Origin: Eledone cirrhosa
Taxonomy: Eukaryota
DNA length: 64,000 bases
Assembly: GCA_964016885.1 (NCBI GenBank)
Contig: OZ024761.1
Location: 13,826,001-13,890,000 of the forward strand
Reading direction: 5' to 3'
A program made the translations under genes and the position numbers. The notes below the pieces were generated by a model, which did no database searches, had not been told where the DNA came from, and saw only the letters and a list, made by a program, of their open reading frames with translations. Positions 47,215-60,350 of this stretch are shown in pieces (the stretch's first letter is position 1; every line of letters starts with the position of its first letter).

Positions 47215-49150
47215 TTCTTCTCTAATTCCACCATAGACTCTGCTATGAGTGTTAATATAGTCATCTTTCATAATGGCTTTTCCCACAGCCTTCTTTTTCA
47301 TGCCTGTGAGGGCAAGTGCACTTTTATCTTCTTGGACACACTTCTCACCAATGACATCACAATTTCCCCCTAACGTACTGTCTCGCAATCCTGAACACCT
47401 CATGTTTCTGGTAATCACGCTGCAAAACATGCTTGAAATTTCTCTGCCCTCTGCTTCCTTCTTTGCTAAGTATACTTGTTGTCTCGCTTCCCTCCCTTGC
47501 CTCTATGTTGTGTACCCTGCTTCTCCCCGTTCTTCCATTGTTTCCATGCCTGTCCCTTCGCCTTAATTGTCACATCTACCTAATTGTTCCACCACCAGGT
47601 CACTCTCCTTCTCTCAGTAGCTCTGCTCTATCGACAGATCTCATCTATCGCCTTCAGTAGATTATTTTTCTGGAACTCCCAATGTTCTCCTATTTTAAAT
47701 GTCTCTACCTGTTCAACTTTACTGTCAAAAGGGTCAAGCAAAATATCTCTAAATCTTTTATTGGCTGAGGGATCTTTCAGCTTCTATATCCTTCTTCAGG
47801 TTGCTCTCTGTCTCCAGGTTCATCTAGCTCTAACAGTGAAGTCACTTACTACCAGGTTATGTTGGGAGGTGCACTCCTCACCAGTGAAGGATTTTGTGTT
47901 TACCACCTACACTCTATCTCGTCCTCTAGTAAGGATAAAAATCTATCTGGCTAGCATGTTCACCAGATCTATACATGATCAGGTTATTGTTGGGTTCTTT
48001 TAAGTTTGTGTTACATATCGATAAGTCATTGGTGTCACAGAATTCTAGGAACCTGAACCCTTCTTCATTTCTTGCACCAAACCCGTAACCTCCATGGACT
48101 CTGTAGAAGTTGTCACAGTGTTTTCCAACATGTCCATTAAAGCCCCCCGCAATGATTAGTAAGTCTCTGTCATCTGTTAGCACAGTAGTGTGCACCACAC
48201 ACGTAAAACCTATCTTTGAGTTTGTTTGTCAACCCATATTGGGGTGCGTATGTAGATAGAATTGTGGTCATTGTTCTGAGTTTAATGACACCTACACGAC
48301 CACTTTACAGTGTGGGCTTGGCACTTTTTTTGTGATACCAACATAACTGGTATCACAAGTGGTGGTGTGGACAGAAGTGGGTGGACAAGTGTAGGGGCAT
48401 GGGGGTGTATGGAAGGGGAGTATGGTGGTTAAGAGGTGCCTACTAGATGTATGTTTGTGTCTGTGTGCATGGGAAGGTGGGTCTTCTGTATTACTGCATA
48501 ACACCGAAGATCTCGATTCTGTGTCATTGTCTATGAGAGGTGCAATTGCGCAAGGTCAGCTTTTATAACCTCGTCCCAGGTCTCCCCAGGTCTTCCTACT
48601 CTAGAGCTTCCATCAATTTTGATTGCCTTGCACTATTTATAAAGCTATCATCCTTCATACGCATCACATGACCATACCAACACAATCTCCTGTCTAGCCT
48701 ACTGCATCTGATCCCTCTTATGTCTAATTTCTCTCTCAGTTCATTTACACTTTGCCATTGATGTATATTACTATTATACATCCATTGGAGCATGCATGCT
48801 TCATTTCTTTCCAATCTTCACAAGTTCTCTGCACACACTGCCCAGCTCTCACTACTATGTAACATTGCTTATCGTATATATGCATCATACAATCTGTTCT
48901 TCATTTTAATGGAAAAAAACTTTTGTAGCTAACAGCAGTATTAGCTCTCTGAACTTTCTCCATCCCGTTCTTACTTTGGCTACTGTACTTTGGGAACACC
49001 CTCCTCCACTGCTGATTTCATCACCCAGGTAACGGAAAGTGTTGACTATTTCTGTAGAGCCGTCTGGGAATTTGAAGGAGCTAGTATCCTGTGGGCACTT
49101 GCTACTTACTTACGCATATAAAACCCACTTTCTTTGATGGTCTGCCTGTA
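47215..49150 (-). mobile_element. Decayed RTE LINE fragments (APE endonuclease region 47800-48280; 3' region 48290-49150)
   Basis: AGGFNGHVG..HGGYGFGARNEEG..LEFC..SQIDF; WYGHVMRM. Confidence 0.85.
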
Positions 49151-49437
49151 AGGTTTTCTTTTGTGGGGGGTTAACGATAGGGGCCCCAGTCCTATCATGT
49201 TATTTTTACAGCTCACACCTTATATAGGTTTAGCTGACCACCTATGTTTGTAAATTTGTATCTCATAGGTTTTTTTTATGGGGGGGTTAACGATAGGGGC
49301 CCCAGTCCTATCATGTTATTGTTATAGCTCACACCTTATGTAGGATTAGCTGGCCTCTATGAGGATGTATCTCATGGAAAGTTTTCTGAGTCCTATAATG
49401 AAAAGGTCCTTAGTCTTATGCTGTTGTTATAGCGTAA

Positions 49438-49658
49438 CCCTTTAGCATTTAAACTGGCCATATTCGGCCAGAACTTTATCACCTCTTTCTGTTCAAACCG
49501 GCTGAAACTTGCCACTCATACTGACTTTAAGGTATTGTTCTCAACATAAATAACATCAAAATCTCATAGATTTGATATTATGTGAGATAATTATTTGAGA
49601 TAAAGCCTTTACCATAAAAATACAATAGTATATATAGAGTAATATGAATGCTAAAGGG
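49438..49658. mobile_element. piggyBac-type MITE
   Basis: CCCTTTAGCATT..AATGCTAAAGGG|TTAA; opposite orientation to the 2235 copy. Confidence 0.85.
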
Positions 49659-49879
49659 TTAAATCTGTGTAGGTTTAGCTGGCCTCACATGAAATTGAGG
49701 TGGTAGAGATGATATAATAGTATATTAAATATCAAATGATACATATTATATATAAATATAGTAAAATAAAAAAATATATAATATTCAGTTATGCAAAGTA
49801 TATATTATATTATTTATTATATAATATATACTATGCATAACTGAATATTATATATTTTTTATTTTACTATATTTAGGAT

Positions 49880-50066
49880 GGTGGATTGGCAGTATTGGTA
49901 GAGGGTTGGACGCCATGCTTTGTAGTATTGAGTTACGGCCCTTTATGATCCGAGTTCAAATCCCGCCGAGGTTAACTTTGCCTTTCATCCTTACGGGGTC
50001 GATAAAATAAAGTACCAGTAATTCACTGGAATAATTGCTGGCCTTGTGCCAAAAGTAGAAACAATT
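49880..50066 (+). mobile_element. SINE type 1
   Basis: Homologous to 2271-2458. Confidence 0.85.
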
Positions 50067-50277
50067 ATATTGTTTATTATATATATAGTAAAATAAAAAA
50101 TATATAATTTATTTATACATAGTATATATTATATTATATATATATAAATATAGTAAAATATAAAATATATAATATATATTTATACATAGTATATATTATA
50201 CTATTAATTATATATAAATATAGTAAAATATAAAATATATAATATATATTTATACATACTATATATTATATTATTTA

Positions 50278-50830
50278 CTAGCAGTGGTACCCAGCGTTGC
50301 ACGGGATAAGGTATTGTGAAATATATAACCGCCTTAGCTAAGCTTAGTATTGCCACAACCACGACTGGCAAAGAATTCAGGGTCTGGTGGTACGTAAGTA
50401 AGCAACAATGTGACTTAAAACGTGAGGAAGAAGTTGTGTGCACTTACCAACTGTTTGGGGAGCGTGAGATTTGTCTTGAGCAAGGGTGGCAGAATAACCG
50501 GAGGCAGCAGACAGCCAGACATAGAAACATATATTATAAGGGTGCGTTCTGGACGCAGTGTGAATTGTAGGAAGTGACGTAATGCAGACAGCCAGACATA
50601 CAGACAGATATTATAAGGGTGCGACGTTATATGTATGTATCTATCTAAAAAGAGAAAGACTAAGAATTATAGAGAGAGATCGCTAAATCGCCTAATGCGG
50701 TCCCTAGGGCATTGAAATTTGAAACGTAAGTATTACATGTGTAAAGTTTGAAAACAGTCGGTTGAGTCGTTCTCTAGTTTTAGGGATTCAAACTCACACA
50801 GACATACATCCTCAGTTTTATATATAGAGA
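50278..50830 (-). mobile_element. Non-autonomous Helitron
   Basis: Minus strand starts TCTCTATATATAAAAC and ends CCCGTGCAACGCTGGG hairpin ..CTGCTAG|T. Confidence 0.75.
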
Positions 50831-50912
50831 CTAGCAGAAAACCGCCCACCGGGTGGTTTTCTGCTAGTATATATATATATATATTACACACACAGAAATG
50901 TATATATATTTC

Positions 50913-50943
<31 letters not shown>

Positions 50944-51370
50944 TACACACACAGAAATGTATATATATTTCTGTGTGTATATATATATATATTACACACA
51001 CAGAAATGTATATATATTTCTGTGTGTATATATATATATATTACACACACAGAAATGTATATATGTTTCTGTAGCACTCCTCAATTCCCCCCTCTCTCCC
51101 TCCCGCTATCCCCCTCTTGTAGTCTGTCTCTTTCTTTCACTCTCTCTCTACGTGTGCGCAAAAAACATTCGCACGTGCGCACGTGGTTTAGCGTCTATTC
51201 ACTCTCTCTCTCTCCCTCTCTCCCTCTCACTATCCCCCTCTCGTAGTCTCTCTTTCTTTCACTCTCTCTCTACGCGTGCGCAAAAAACATTCGCACGCGT
51301 GCACGTGTTTCCACTGTCGGACAGACAGACAGACAAACAGAGAAATTGCTGGTTATATATTATAAGGAGA
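50831..51370 (-). mobile_element. Second non-autonomous Helitron abutting the first
   Basis: A|TCTCCTTATAATATATAA start, ..CTGCTAG end, internal about 120-bp duplication. Confidence 0.6.
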
Positions 51371-51479
51371 TTATATATAAATTAACGATTTTATTTATTA
51401 TATATTATTTACAATTTGCGTGTAGGCAGGTCTCTCTGGAAATAGAGTTGGGGTGCATTGAGGGTTTTACATGGCCGTG

Positions 51480-53240
51480 AGGAGGGCAGTGGCTCAAAAA
51501 GTTTCTGAACCTCTGTGTTAGAGCATCAGGCTTACAATCGTGAGGTTGTGAGTTCAATTCTTGGACTGGGTGTTGCATTGTGTCCTTGAGCAAGACAATT
51601 TATTTCACATTGCTCCAGTTCACTCAGCTGTAGAAATGAGTTGTGACGTCACTGGTGCCAAGCTGTATCGGCCATTGCTTTTCCCTTGGACAACATCATA
51701 TATAGTGTATATATATAATATATGTGTATATATATAGTGTATATATAATGTATATATAATGTATGTATATATTGTGACATCACTGGTGCCAAGCTGTATC
51801 GGCCATTTTCTTTCCCTTGGACAACATCATATGTAGTTTATATATATATAATATATGTGTATATATAATGTATATATAATGTATATATAATGTATGTATA
51901 TATATATAGTGTATATATAATGTATATATAATGTATGTATATATTGTGACGTCACTGGTGCCAAGCTGTATAGGCCATTTCCTTTCCCTTGGACAACATC
52001 ATATATAGTGTATATATATATAATATATGTATATATATATAGTGTATATATAATATATATATAATGTATGTATATATTGTGACGTCACTGGTGCCAAGCT
52101 GTATAGGCCATTGCTTTTCCCTTGGACAACATCATATATAGTGTATATATATATAATATATGTATATATATATAGTGTATATATAATATATATATAATGT
52201 ATGTATATATTGTGATGTCACTGGTGCCAAGCTGTATAGGCCATTGCTTTTCCCTTGGAGAACATCATATATAGTGTATATATATAATATCATCATTTCA
52301 TCATCATCATTTCTTTTTACGTCCACTTTTCCCTGCTTGCAAGGGTGGGACGGAAACTGATGCTGGCATGATTTCTACAGCTGGATGCCCTTCCTAACAC
52401 CAACCTCATTTACAGTGAGTGCTGGGTGCTTTTTTGCCGTGGCACCTCCACGACCACTTTGCAGTGGAATGATAGGGATCCCAGTCCCTATCATCTCATT
52501 TCTACAGCTGAGTAAACTGAAGCAATGTGAAATAAAGTGTCTTGCTCAAGGAAACAACACATCACCCGGTCTGAGAATTGAACTCACAACCTTTCGATTG
52601 CAAGGCCAATGCTCTAACTACTAAGCCATGTGCCTCCATATATGTATATTTATATATATATATAAGTGAAGGCATGTGGTGGAGTAGTTAGAGAATTGGA
52701 TTCGCAATCGTAAGGTTGTGAGTTCGATTCCTGGACCAGGCGATGCGTTATGTCCTTGAGCAAGACACTTTATTTCACGTTGCTCCTTCTACCTGGAGTT
52801 GCAACCAATAGATAGTATTAGCAATTGGAACGACCAACGGAAACATTGTTCCCTCGGTCCGATTTGACGAAAGTCGATCGTTCCTTTTATATATATATAG
52901 TGTATATATAATATATATATATAATGTATGTATATATTGTGACGTCACTGGTGTCACGCTGTATTGGCCATTGTCTTTCCCTTGGACAACATTGGTGGCG
53001 TGGAGAGGAGAGACTGGTCTTCATGGGTGACTGGTGGCTGGTCTTTCACAAACAAACCTTGACCAGGCTTGTACCTCGGAGGGAAAACTTTCTAGGTGCA
53101 AATCTCATGGTCATTAGTGATGAAAAGGGGTCTTTACCCTTTACAAACCTTGCCCAGACTTGTGCCTCGGCGGAGGGGAAATTTCTAGGTGCAAATCCTA
53201 TGGTCATTCATGACTGAAAGGTGGGGTGGGGTCTTTACTC
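51480..53240 (+). mobile_element. tRNA/CORE-like SINE with amplified middle and two nested SINEs (52290-52637 minus, 52665-52885 plus)
   Basis: Head at 51480-51640; GTGACGTCACTGGTGCCAAGCTGTA..CCCTTGGACAACAT six times, separated by TA tracts; tail 52995-53240. Confidence 0.75.
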
Positions 53241-53569
53241 CTTTTTACTGAGCCAAGAAAAAACAAAAAAGACATGATGGTCACAGCTGGAATGCCAGAA
53301 ATCAATCAAAGGCTTTCTTATATGTTCATAGTAGTAGAGATGTTGTGACCTTCTTGCATTTCCCAAGGGCATTAAGGGAGTGGATGGGTAGGGGTAAGTG
53401 TCTTCTTCAGCAAAAACCCCACTCCCTCCAAAACCCAGTTGCAGACTACTCTACTCTTTAACTCCTGCTCCTCATGTACTCAAATCAATAAATAATCAAT
53501 ATTGCTTTGTGTCATCAATACTTTCAAACCTTATGGTTGGTCTCCATGGCAACATTTGTTTGTGTTAGG

Positions 53570-53942
53570 TTAGAGGGGGTGGGGGTTGAAGGGGGGGGGG
53601 GTCGGCAACAGCAGCAGCAGTGATTGTGTTGGTGGTGGTAGAAGTGGGGGTGGGAGTGGTATTGAAATTGTTTGTGATATGGGGTGATGTTGGTGTTGGT
53701 GTTGGTGGAGGTGGTAGGGGAGGTGGTGGTGGAGGCAGGGGAGGTGGTGGTGTTGGAGGCATTGGTGGTGGTGGTGTTGTTGGAGGTGGTGTTGTTGGAG
53801 GCATTGGTGGTGGTGGAGGTTGATGTCTGGTGGTAGTGGTGGTGGTGGTGATAGAGGTGGCGTTGGTGGTGTATGTTGTAAGGGAGGTGGTGGTTGTGGT
53901 GGTGGAGGTTGCTGTCTGGCTAGTGGGGGTGGTGATGGAGGT
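53570..53942. repeat. (GGT)n-rich low-complexity tract
   Basis: Degenerate GGT/GGA/GTT triplets. Confidence 0.85.
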
Positions 53943-54124
53943 AGTTTATACTTTTATAATTATTGTAATTATTTATTTTTTTTTTCAATTTTTTTTTCTT
54001 CAACACATTCTCCCTCATTCACTAAATGGTATATTCCATCCCCACCCCTATTACCAACTAATTCATTCCCCCCCTTAAACACTGTATACTCCATTCCTAC
54101 CTCTATTACCCATTAACCTCACTC

Positions 54125-54540
54125 CAACTAAACCCCACCCTTCTTAACCACTATATTCCATTCTCACCCCTAACCACTAACCCCACCCTTCTTAACTACT
54201 GTATTCTGTTCCTACCCCTAACCACTAACCCCGCCCTCCTTAACCACTAACCCCACCCTCCTTAACCACTATATTCCCTTCTCACCCCTAACCACTAACC
54301 CCACCCTCCTTAACCACTATATTCCCTTCTCACCCCTAACCACTAACCCCACCCTCCTTAACCACTATATTCCATTCTCACCCCTAACCACTAACCCCAC
54401 TCTCCTTAACCACTATATTCCGTTCTCACCCCTAACCACTAACCCCACTCTCCTTAAACACTATATTCCGTTCTCACCCCTAACCACTAACCCCACCCTT
54501 CTTAACCACTGTATATTGTTCCTACCCCTAACCACCAATT
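54125..54540. repeat. 48-bp minisatellite containing CCCTAA, about 8 copies
   Basis: CCCCTAACCACTAACCCCACCCTCCTTAACCACTATATTCC.TTCTCA at 54167, 54215, 54285, 54333, 54381, 54429. Confidence 0.9.
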
Positions 54541-55004
54541 CCGTGCCCCCCCCCCCATTCTACCTCATTAAACAATATAATTTTAATGTGTTGGGAGTAT
54601 ACATTTCATACATGGCTTAAGCCTGTTACCTGCATTGGAAGCCTAGATTTCACATCAGGCCAGGGTTTTATTATCAGCTTCGTGTATGGCCTATATTTCA
54701 CAGCTGTATTTGGTTCCATTACTTGCATTGGGAGCCTACATTTCACATCAGGCCAGGGTTTTATCACCAGGTTTTAAGGCCTACATTTCACATCTGGTCC
54801 AGGCCCATTTTCAGCCTTGTGGTGGTAGTTACATTTTGCATCTTACTTGCTTTGATGGGCCTACATTTCACATCTGGCCTGGACCCTATTACCTGTTGTG
54901 TTATATTCAGTTGGGATGATGCATAGAAGCAACATGTCAACTGTGGTATTAGGGGTGGAGGTGAGCTGAGGGGCCTAGGGTTCCTTGTTACTATAAATAT
55001 GTGG

Positions 55005-55163
55005 ACATGGTTGTGTGGTTAATATGTTAGCTTCACAACCACATAGTCCTGGGTTCGATTTCAATCTAAAGGACCTTGGATAAGTGTATTTATTCTACTA
55101 TAGCCTTGACTGATAAATGCTTTTTGAGTGAAATTTGGTAGGCAGAAACTGGGCAGAAGCCCC
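55005..55163 (+). mobile_element. Old tRNA/CORE-like SINE
   Basis: TGGTTGTGTGG A-box, GGTTCGATTTC B-box, CCTTGGATAAGTGT. Confidence 0.65.
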
Positions 55164-55461
55164 CCCCCCCCCCCCATGTATATTATATATATATATATTT
55201 ATATATATATTTATATATTATAATGTGAGTCTTTAACTCCGTTTTTTAATTATATATTTATACATATTAAATGAAAAGGAAGAGAGATGCTATCACTTAT
55301 TCAACATTGTTTTATTCCATTACATCATCATGTTATGCACATTTCAAAAGTACAGAAAGGTTGTTATTCAATGATTATTCCATATGTTTTCACCAGACAT
55401 TGTTGATTGATTGATTGGATCAGCTAACACTGATTATCATAATCTATATATCTATATATAT

Positions 55462-55686
55462 AATGGTAGAACAAAGGGAGGTTATATCCATAGTAGTAGA
55501 GGACTCTGTCCATGGGACGAGTTCAGTAGAAGTTAGTTCCACAACAGTTAATTAACCATTTTCGAGTACACGTGTTTCATCTTTCAGATCTTTGGCTCGA
55601 CTGTAAACCATTCAGTCGAGCTAAAGATCCGCATGGGGAAACAATTGTCCTCGATAATGGTTAATTAACTGTTGTGGAACTAACTT
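55462..55686 (-). mobile_element. Hammerhead palindrome family C (decayed cores)
   Basis: Arms 55530-55603 and 55613-55686; TCGAG-CTAAAGA-..-GAAA-CAATTG-TC-CTCGA. Confidence 0.8.
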
Positions 55687-55710
55687 GTGTATACATATAT
55701 ATATATATAT

Positions 55711-55878
55711 GTAACAAAGAAATGTGGTAAGAAACCAGGTGGATCATAACGCACTAGAGTACTTGATACTTAGGTAGTAGAGTGGGTAATAGGAAGAGTC
55801 AGGACCCTGATGGCTGAGCTCCGACCGTTTCGACAGCTAGATCCGAATTAGATCAGCCGCCGGGGTCCTGACTCTTTT

Positions 55879-55882
<4 letters not shown>
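55711..55882 (-). mobile_element. Fold-back element with the 3' half of a hammerhead; sister copy at 23403-23540
   Basis: TAGGAAGAGTCAGGACCC..GGCTGA / TCAGCC..GGGTCCTGACTCTT..CCTA; minus strand GAAA-CGG..-TC. Confidence 0.65.
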
Positions 55883-55912
<30 letters not shown>

Positions 55913-55919
<7 letters not shown>

Positions 55920-58900
55920 CGTAGTTAAGAAAGCCACAACAATGCAGAGGGAAATCTCGAGGTAGGGAGTGAAAGATAGATAGGAAAAACAGGTGAAAGT
56001 GAAAATTGAGAGAGACAAAGATGAAAACAAAACAAAGGTAGAAGGGTTACTGTAGTGGAGATTTAATCCCAATATTTCGGGCTCACGCCCATCAACGGGG
56101 GAAAGTTCCAAAAGGGGGGGAACAGGCCAAGCGGAGAAAGTTGTGATGTCGTTAAGACAGGAATGCCGTTATGGGGAGAAAATTATTTAAAATTTAAACG
56201 AGGGAAAGAATGCGCGTGCGCGTGATAGGCTGTGGCAAAAGCTACTGACCAAATGGGTTAAATCAAGAGGGTGCGTTAGCGTGTGAAAGCCGTAAGATAT
56301 GTGTGTGTAAATATATATGTGTGTGTAACTGTGTGTGTATAAGTGTAAGTGTGTATATGTGTGAGTGTGTGTGTGTGTGAGAGATAGTGGGCTGTAGAAG
56401 CTGGAAATCAAAGGGTGTGAAAGGTGGTAGGTTGTAAGACATATGTGCGTATATAAATATAGATGTGTGTGTGTAAGCGTATGGGTATACATGTGTGTGT
56501 AACTGTGTGTGTATATGTGTGAGTGCGTGTGTGTGTGAAAGATAGTGGGCTGTAGAAGCTGGAAATCAAAGGGTGTGAAAGGTGGTAGGTTGTAAAAACA
56601 TGTGTGCGTGTATAAATATAGATGTGTGTGTGTATGCGTATGGGTATGCATATACGTGCGTGTGTGTGAATATAGCAGGCCGTAGGCTGTGAATGGTCAC
56701 TATGGTTAAGTTAGCCATGTCAGCTCATTTCTCTCAGCCCGGTTGTTAAGTGGGGGTCTGAGGTTCTTAATAACAAGTGCTTCCTTTATCCTTAAGGATC
56801 CGATGCTGCGTTCAGTCGCTAGGACTGTGACCAAGGGTCTACCCTGTGGGTTTCCACATTTAAGGATGTGTTTACGGAAGGAAGATGCGTTGGTGTTGAT
56901 ATGTTCCTTGATACGAACATGTAGGGGTCGGATGGTGCTACCTATGTAAAACTTGTTACATTTATCGCATTGAATCTTATATACGACATAGGTGCGTAGG
57001 CAATCTGCCCCCCGTATCGGGCAGTTGCTGAGGGAACACGTCCCATCTGACTCGTCGGGTTTGTTGGAGAGGCATCTTCACAGCGAAGGTCCTGTGTGGG
57101 CCAAATGTATGTCAAGTCCCTCCGTCCGTATGGCCCTGCGGATGGCGTTCGTGGTATATTCACTCAGGTGGGGGATTTTAAAGAAGCACCTGCTATTATT
57201 TAATTTTCTAGTGGGTGTCTGTCTATTGGGTCTGGGGTCTCTAATTCCGTTAATCAGTCGCTTGGGATAACCATTAGATCTGAGTAGATTACGGAATTGC
57301 GTGGTATGGGTGAGACCACCCATCGGGTCGCTGCATCTGTTAGTGATCCGTGTCAATTCATTAAGGACATAGCCTCTCTTAGCGTTGTTGGGGAGGGCTG
57401 AGTTATAATGCACAAATAAATCCTTGCACGCTGCTTTGCGGTAGAAGGTGGTGTTTATGTCTCCTTCTTCCGAGATGTTGATACGGAAGTCGAGGAGGGC
57501 GAGTGACCCGTCTTCTCCTGGGTGTTCGATGGTGAAATCGACGTGATGGTCAGTATCGTTGAAGATTTGGTGAATTTCATTCGCCATCTCCCGGGAAGAA
57601 GTAAGTATCAGGATGTCATCAACGTATCTGGAGTAGAAGGCGACGGCGTTGAGTTGGCAGGTATTGAGTGCCTTGCGTTCCAGGTGGTCCATGTACGAGA
57701 TCGCAAGTATGCCGGACAGACTAGAGCCCATAGGTAGCCCAGAGATTTGTTTGTACGTGTGGCCGAGGAAATTGAAGAGTGCATTATCCACAACGAAGGA
57801 GAGGAGTTGGTGGATGTCCGTGTGTGTGAGTCCGAAGCAGTGTAAGTTAGATGCTCGGACTCGTTCGGTCAACAGGTCGACAGCTGGGGATGCTGGTACG
57901 GAGGTATAAAGGGCGACCACATCAAGACTGAAGGCATAACCGTTGTTCTTTCTGGTGTTGGGCGCCAGATGGTGTAGTCGCTCCAAGACCTCCTTTGAGC
58001 TGCAGACGTGGGCTGGTAGTGTGTGTAGAATAGGTTTCAGTAGTGTGGAGAGCAGCCACGATATTTTGTAGAGTGGGCCCTCCACGCTAGAGACAATGGG
58101 CCTGATTTTCAAATCGGGTCCTTGTTTATGTGTTTTAACCAGGTGGTAGAAGGTGGGTAATTTGCTGTTTCGAGTCATTATGTTGTTTTTTACCTTCTTT
58201 GGCAGTTTTCGTTGGACACAGATGTTAGTCCATATGGTGTTAATGCCTTCCTCGATTAGAGTCGAGGAGGTCCCTGTGACTTTCGAGTAGAGGCTGTGGT
58301 CATTAAGATGTTGGAGAGCTAAGTTGTTGTAGGTCTCTCTCGAGATGACACAGAATTCTTTCCCCTTGTCAGAGGGAAGGTACACAAGGTTCCTGGATCT
58401 TAGGTTGGTGAGAGTATTAAATTGTGCATTGGTGAGGTTGCGTTTATTGTGTGTGTGTGTGTGTGTTGGGAAAGGATGTTAGAGATAGAATGTTTCAACC
58501 TGAGTAGTTTAGTGTCAAGTTCGTGGTTGGTGGGTGGGGGGTGGAGTGGGTTGTCGAGGTGATACGTGGGGAGTGTGGGGTGGGTTGTGGGGTTGTAATC
58601 GATCTCGGTGTTGTTTTGGATGGCGGTTAGCCATTTCAGTTGATATGCTGTCCGACAGAAGTTGGTTTCGATGTCGAGTTTCAGTCTATCATCGAGACGC
58701 TGTGTAATGATGAACTTGGGTCCGAGGCGCAGAAGTTCGAGTTCGTCGTTGGTGAGGGTACCGGTTAAGTCGGTAACGAGGTGTGAAGCATCGTTGGTAG
58801 GTAGATCGATGTTGGGGGGTGTAGCGGAGGGTGTTGTATAGCTGTTGCCCCTGGTGTGGTTGTAGTCGGTCCGTCTGTGGGAGCGGATGTTGTCATTGTA

Positions 58901-58975
58901 GTATTTGTTTACAGTCCATTCGTATTTCCGTATAAGGCGCTGTTTATCATATTTGACTCTGGTGTGGTAACACTG
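55913..58975 (-). mobile_element. Penelope-like retroelement (possibly Naiad clade), 5'-truncated
   Basis: LRLGPKF N-terminal motif, SDKG, SLDVVALYT, GLPMGS, RYVDD, then GIY-YIG; 0.8-kb 3' UTR; (TA)n at both ends. Confidence 0.92.
56706..58385 (-). pseudogene. PLE reverse transcriptase plus GIY-YIG endonuclease, single in-frame TGA at 57078-57080
   Basis: Reading past the TGA in frame gives RCLSNKPDESDGTCSLSNCPIRGADCLRTYVVYKIQCDKCNKFYIGSTIRPLHVRIKEH...LTWLT*. Confidence 0.9.
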
Positions 58976-59657
58976 ATCTATATATATATATATTTATTAA
59001 AATAACAGATTAAAGTTTAAGCAAAGAATCGCTGCTTTCACACTTAACGCGATCTTCTGAAACTCTTTATTTTAATAAATATTTGCTCTAGGGTTCTTAT
59101 ATATTTGATATATATTTATCCTTATCGAGCCCTCTTTGGATTTTAGTCTTCGCATTTATTATTGTTACTATATATATATGTATTTACTGTCCATGCTGTA
59201 AATGTGGTTGGCATTAGGAAGGGCATATACGACCGTAGAAACCAAGCCAGTTCTGTATGAGCATGAAATGGCCACCTGATCTGACTTGTTTCACAATGGG
59301 ACAACTTGTCTAAGCAGAGAAAATGGATATTAAACGATGATGATGATGCTAGAAGTAAACTGATAATAGATAAATTAGTAAAAATTGTAAGAAAAAAAAG
59401 GAGCACTCAATTTGGGGGCCAATACAAATTAAAAAAAAATTTTCTTTTCAATTTTGAAATTTCCGAGCTTTTGTAAACATTTAAAAATATTTTTAACCTT
59501 TACACCTCAGTAATTTGTCAATCAATATTAAATGGTAAATTGAATATTGAAAATATCTAATTGCTCACACATGAGTAATAATTATAAAATTAATTGAATT
59601 GAATTAGTAACTTTGCCATATTTTTTTTACTACAGAAAATAGTGGTTTATGATTTAA

Positions 59658-59946
59658 CCTTTTAGCATTTACATTACTCCATATATACTATTGTATTTTT
59701 GCGGTAAAGGCTTTACCTCACATAATATCGAATCTATGAAATTTTGATATTTATTTCGAGAACAATACCTTAACATCAGAGTGGCTAGTTACGGCCAGTT
59801 TGAACAGAAAGAGATGAGAGAATTCTGGCCGGATACAGCCAGTTTGAACAGAAAGGGGTGAGAGAATTCTGGTTGGTTACAGCCGGTTTGAACAGAAAGA
59901 GGTGAGAGAATTCTGGCGGGATACAGCCAATTTAAATGCTAAAGGA
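59658..59946. mobile_element. piggyBac-type MITE with triplicated subterminal unit
   Basis: TTAA both sides; GCCAGTTTGAACAGAAAG..GAGAATTCTGG three times. Confidence 0.85.
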
Positions 59947-59949
59947 TTA

Positions 59950-60350
59950 AGCACAAGGCCACCAATTTTGAGGAAGGAGAAAGTCGATTAAATTGACTTG
60001 AATGCATTACTGGTACTTTATTTTATCAACCCTGTTAGGATGAAAGTTATAATAATAATTGTTTCTACTTTTGACAGAAGACCAACAATTATCCCTGTAC
60101 ATTACTGGTACTTTATTTTATCGACCCCGTAAGGATGAAAGGCAAAGTTAACCTCGGCGGGATTTGAACTCGGACCGCAAAGGGCCATATCTCTACGCTG
60201 CCAATCCACTGCTCTAATAATATAACAATAATAGTATCTGATTTAGGCACAAGGCCAACAATTTGGAGGAAGAAGAAAGATGATTAAATCGATTTGAGTG
60301 TATTACTGGTACTTTATTTTATCGATCTTTATTTGAACTCAGAACATAGA
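59950..60350 (-). mobile_element. Cluster of three SINE type 1 fragments
   Basis: Repeated CACAAGGCC..ACTGGTACTTTATTTTATCGACCCC. Confidence 0.8.

Noticed and set aside
51643-52265. Repeat-spacer pattern resembling CRISPR
   Set aside because: Repeats are SINE-derived, spacers are TA microsatellite, eukaryotic context, no cas genes
53565-54116. Pro-, Gly- or Val-rich ORFs
   Set aside because: Low-complexity GGT tract, open in several frames, no splice or homology support
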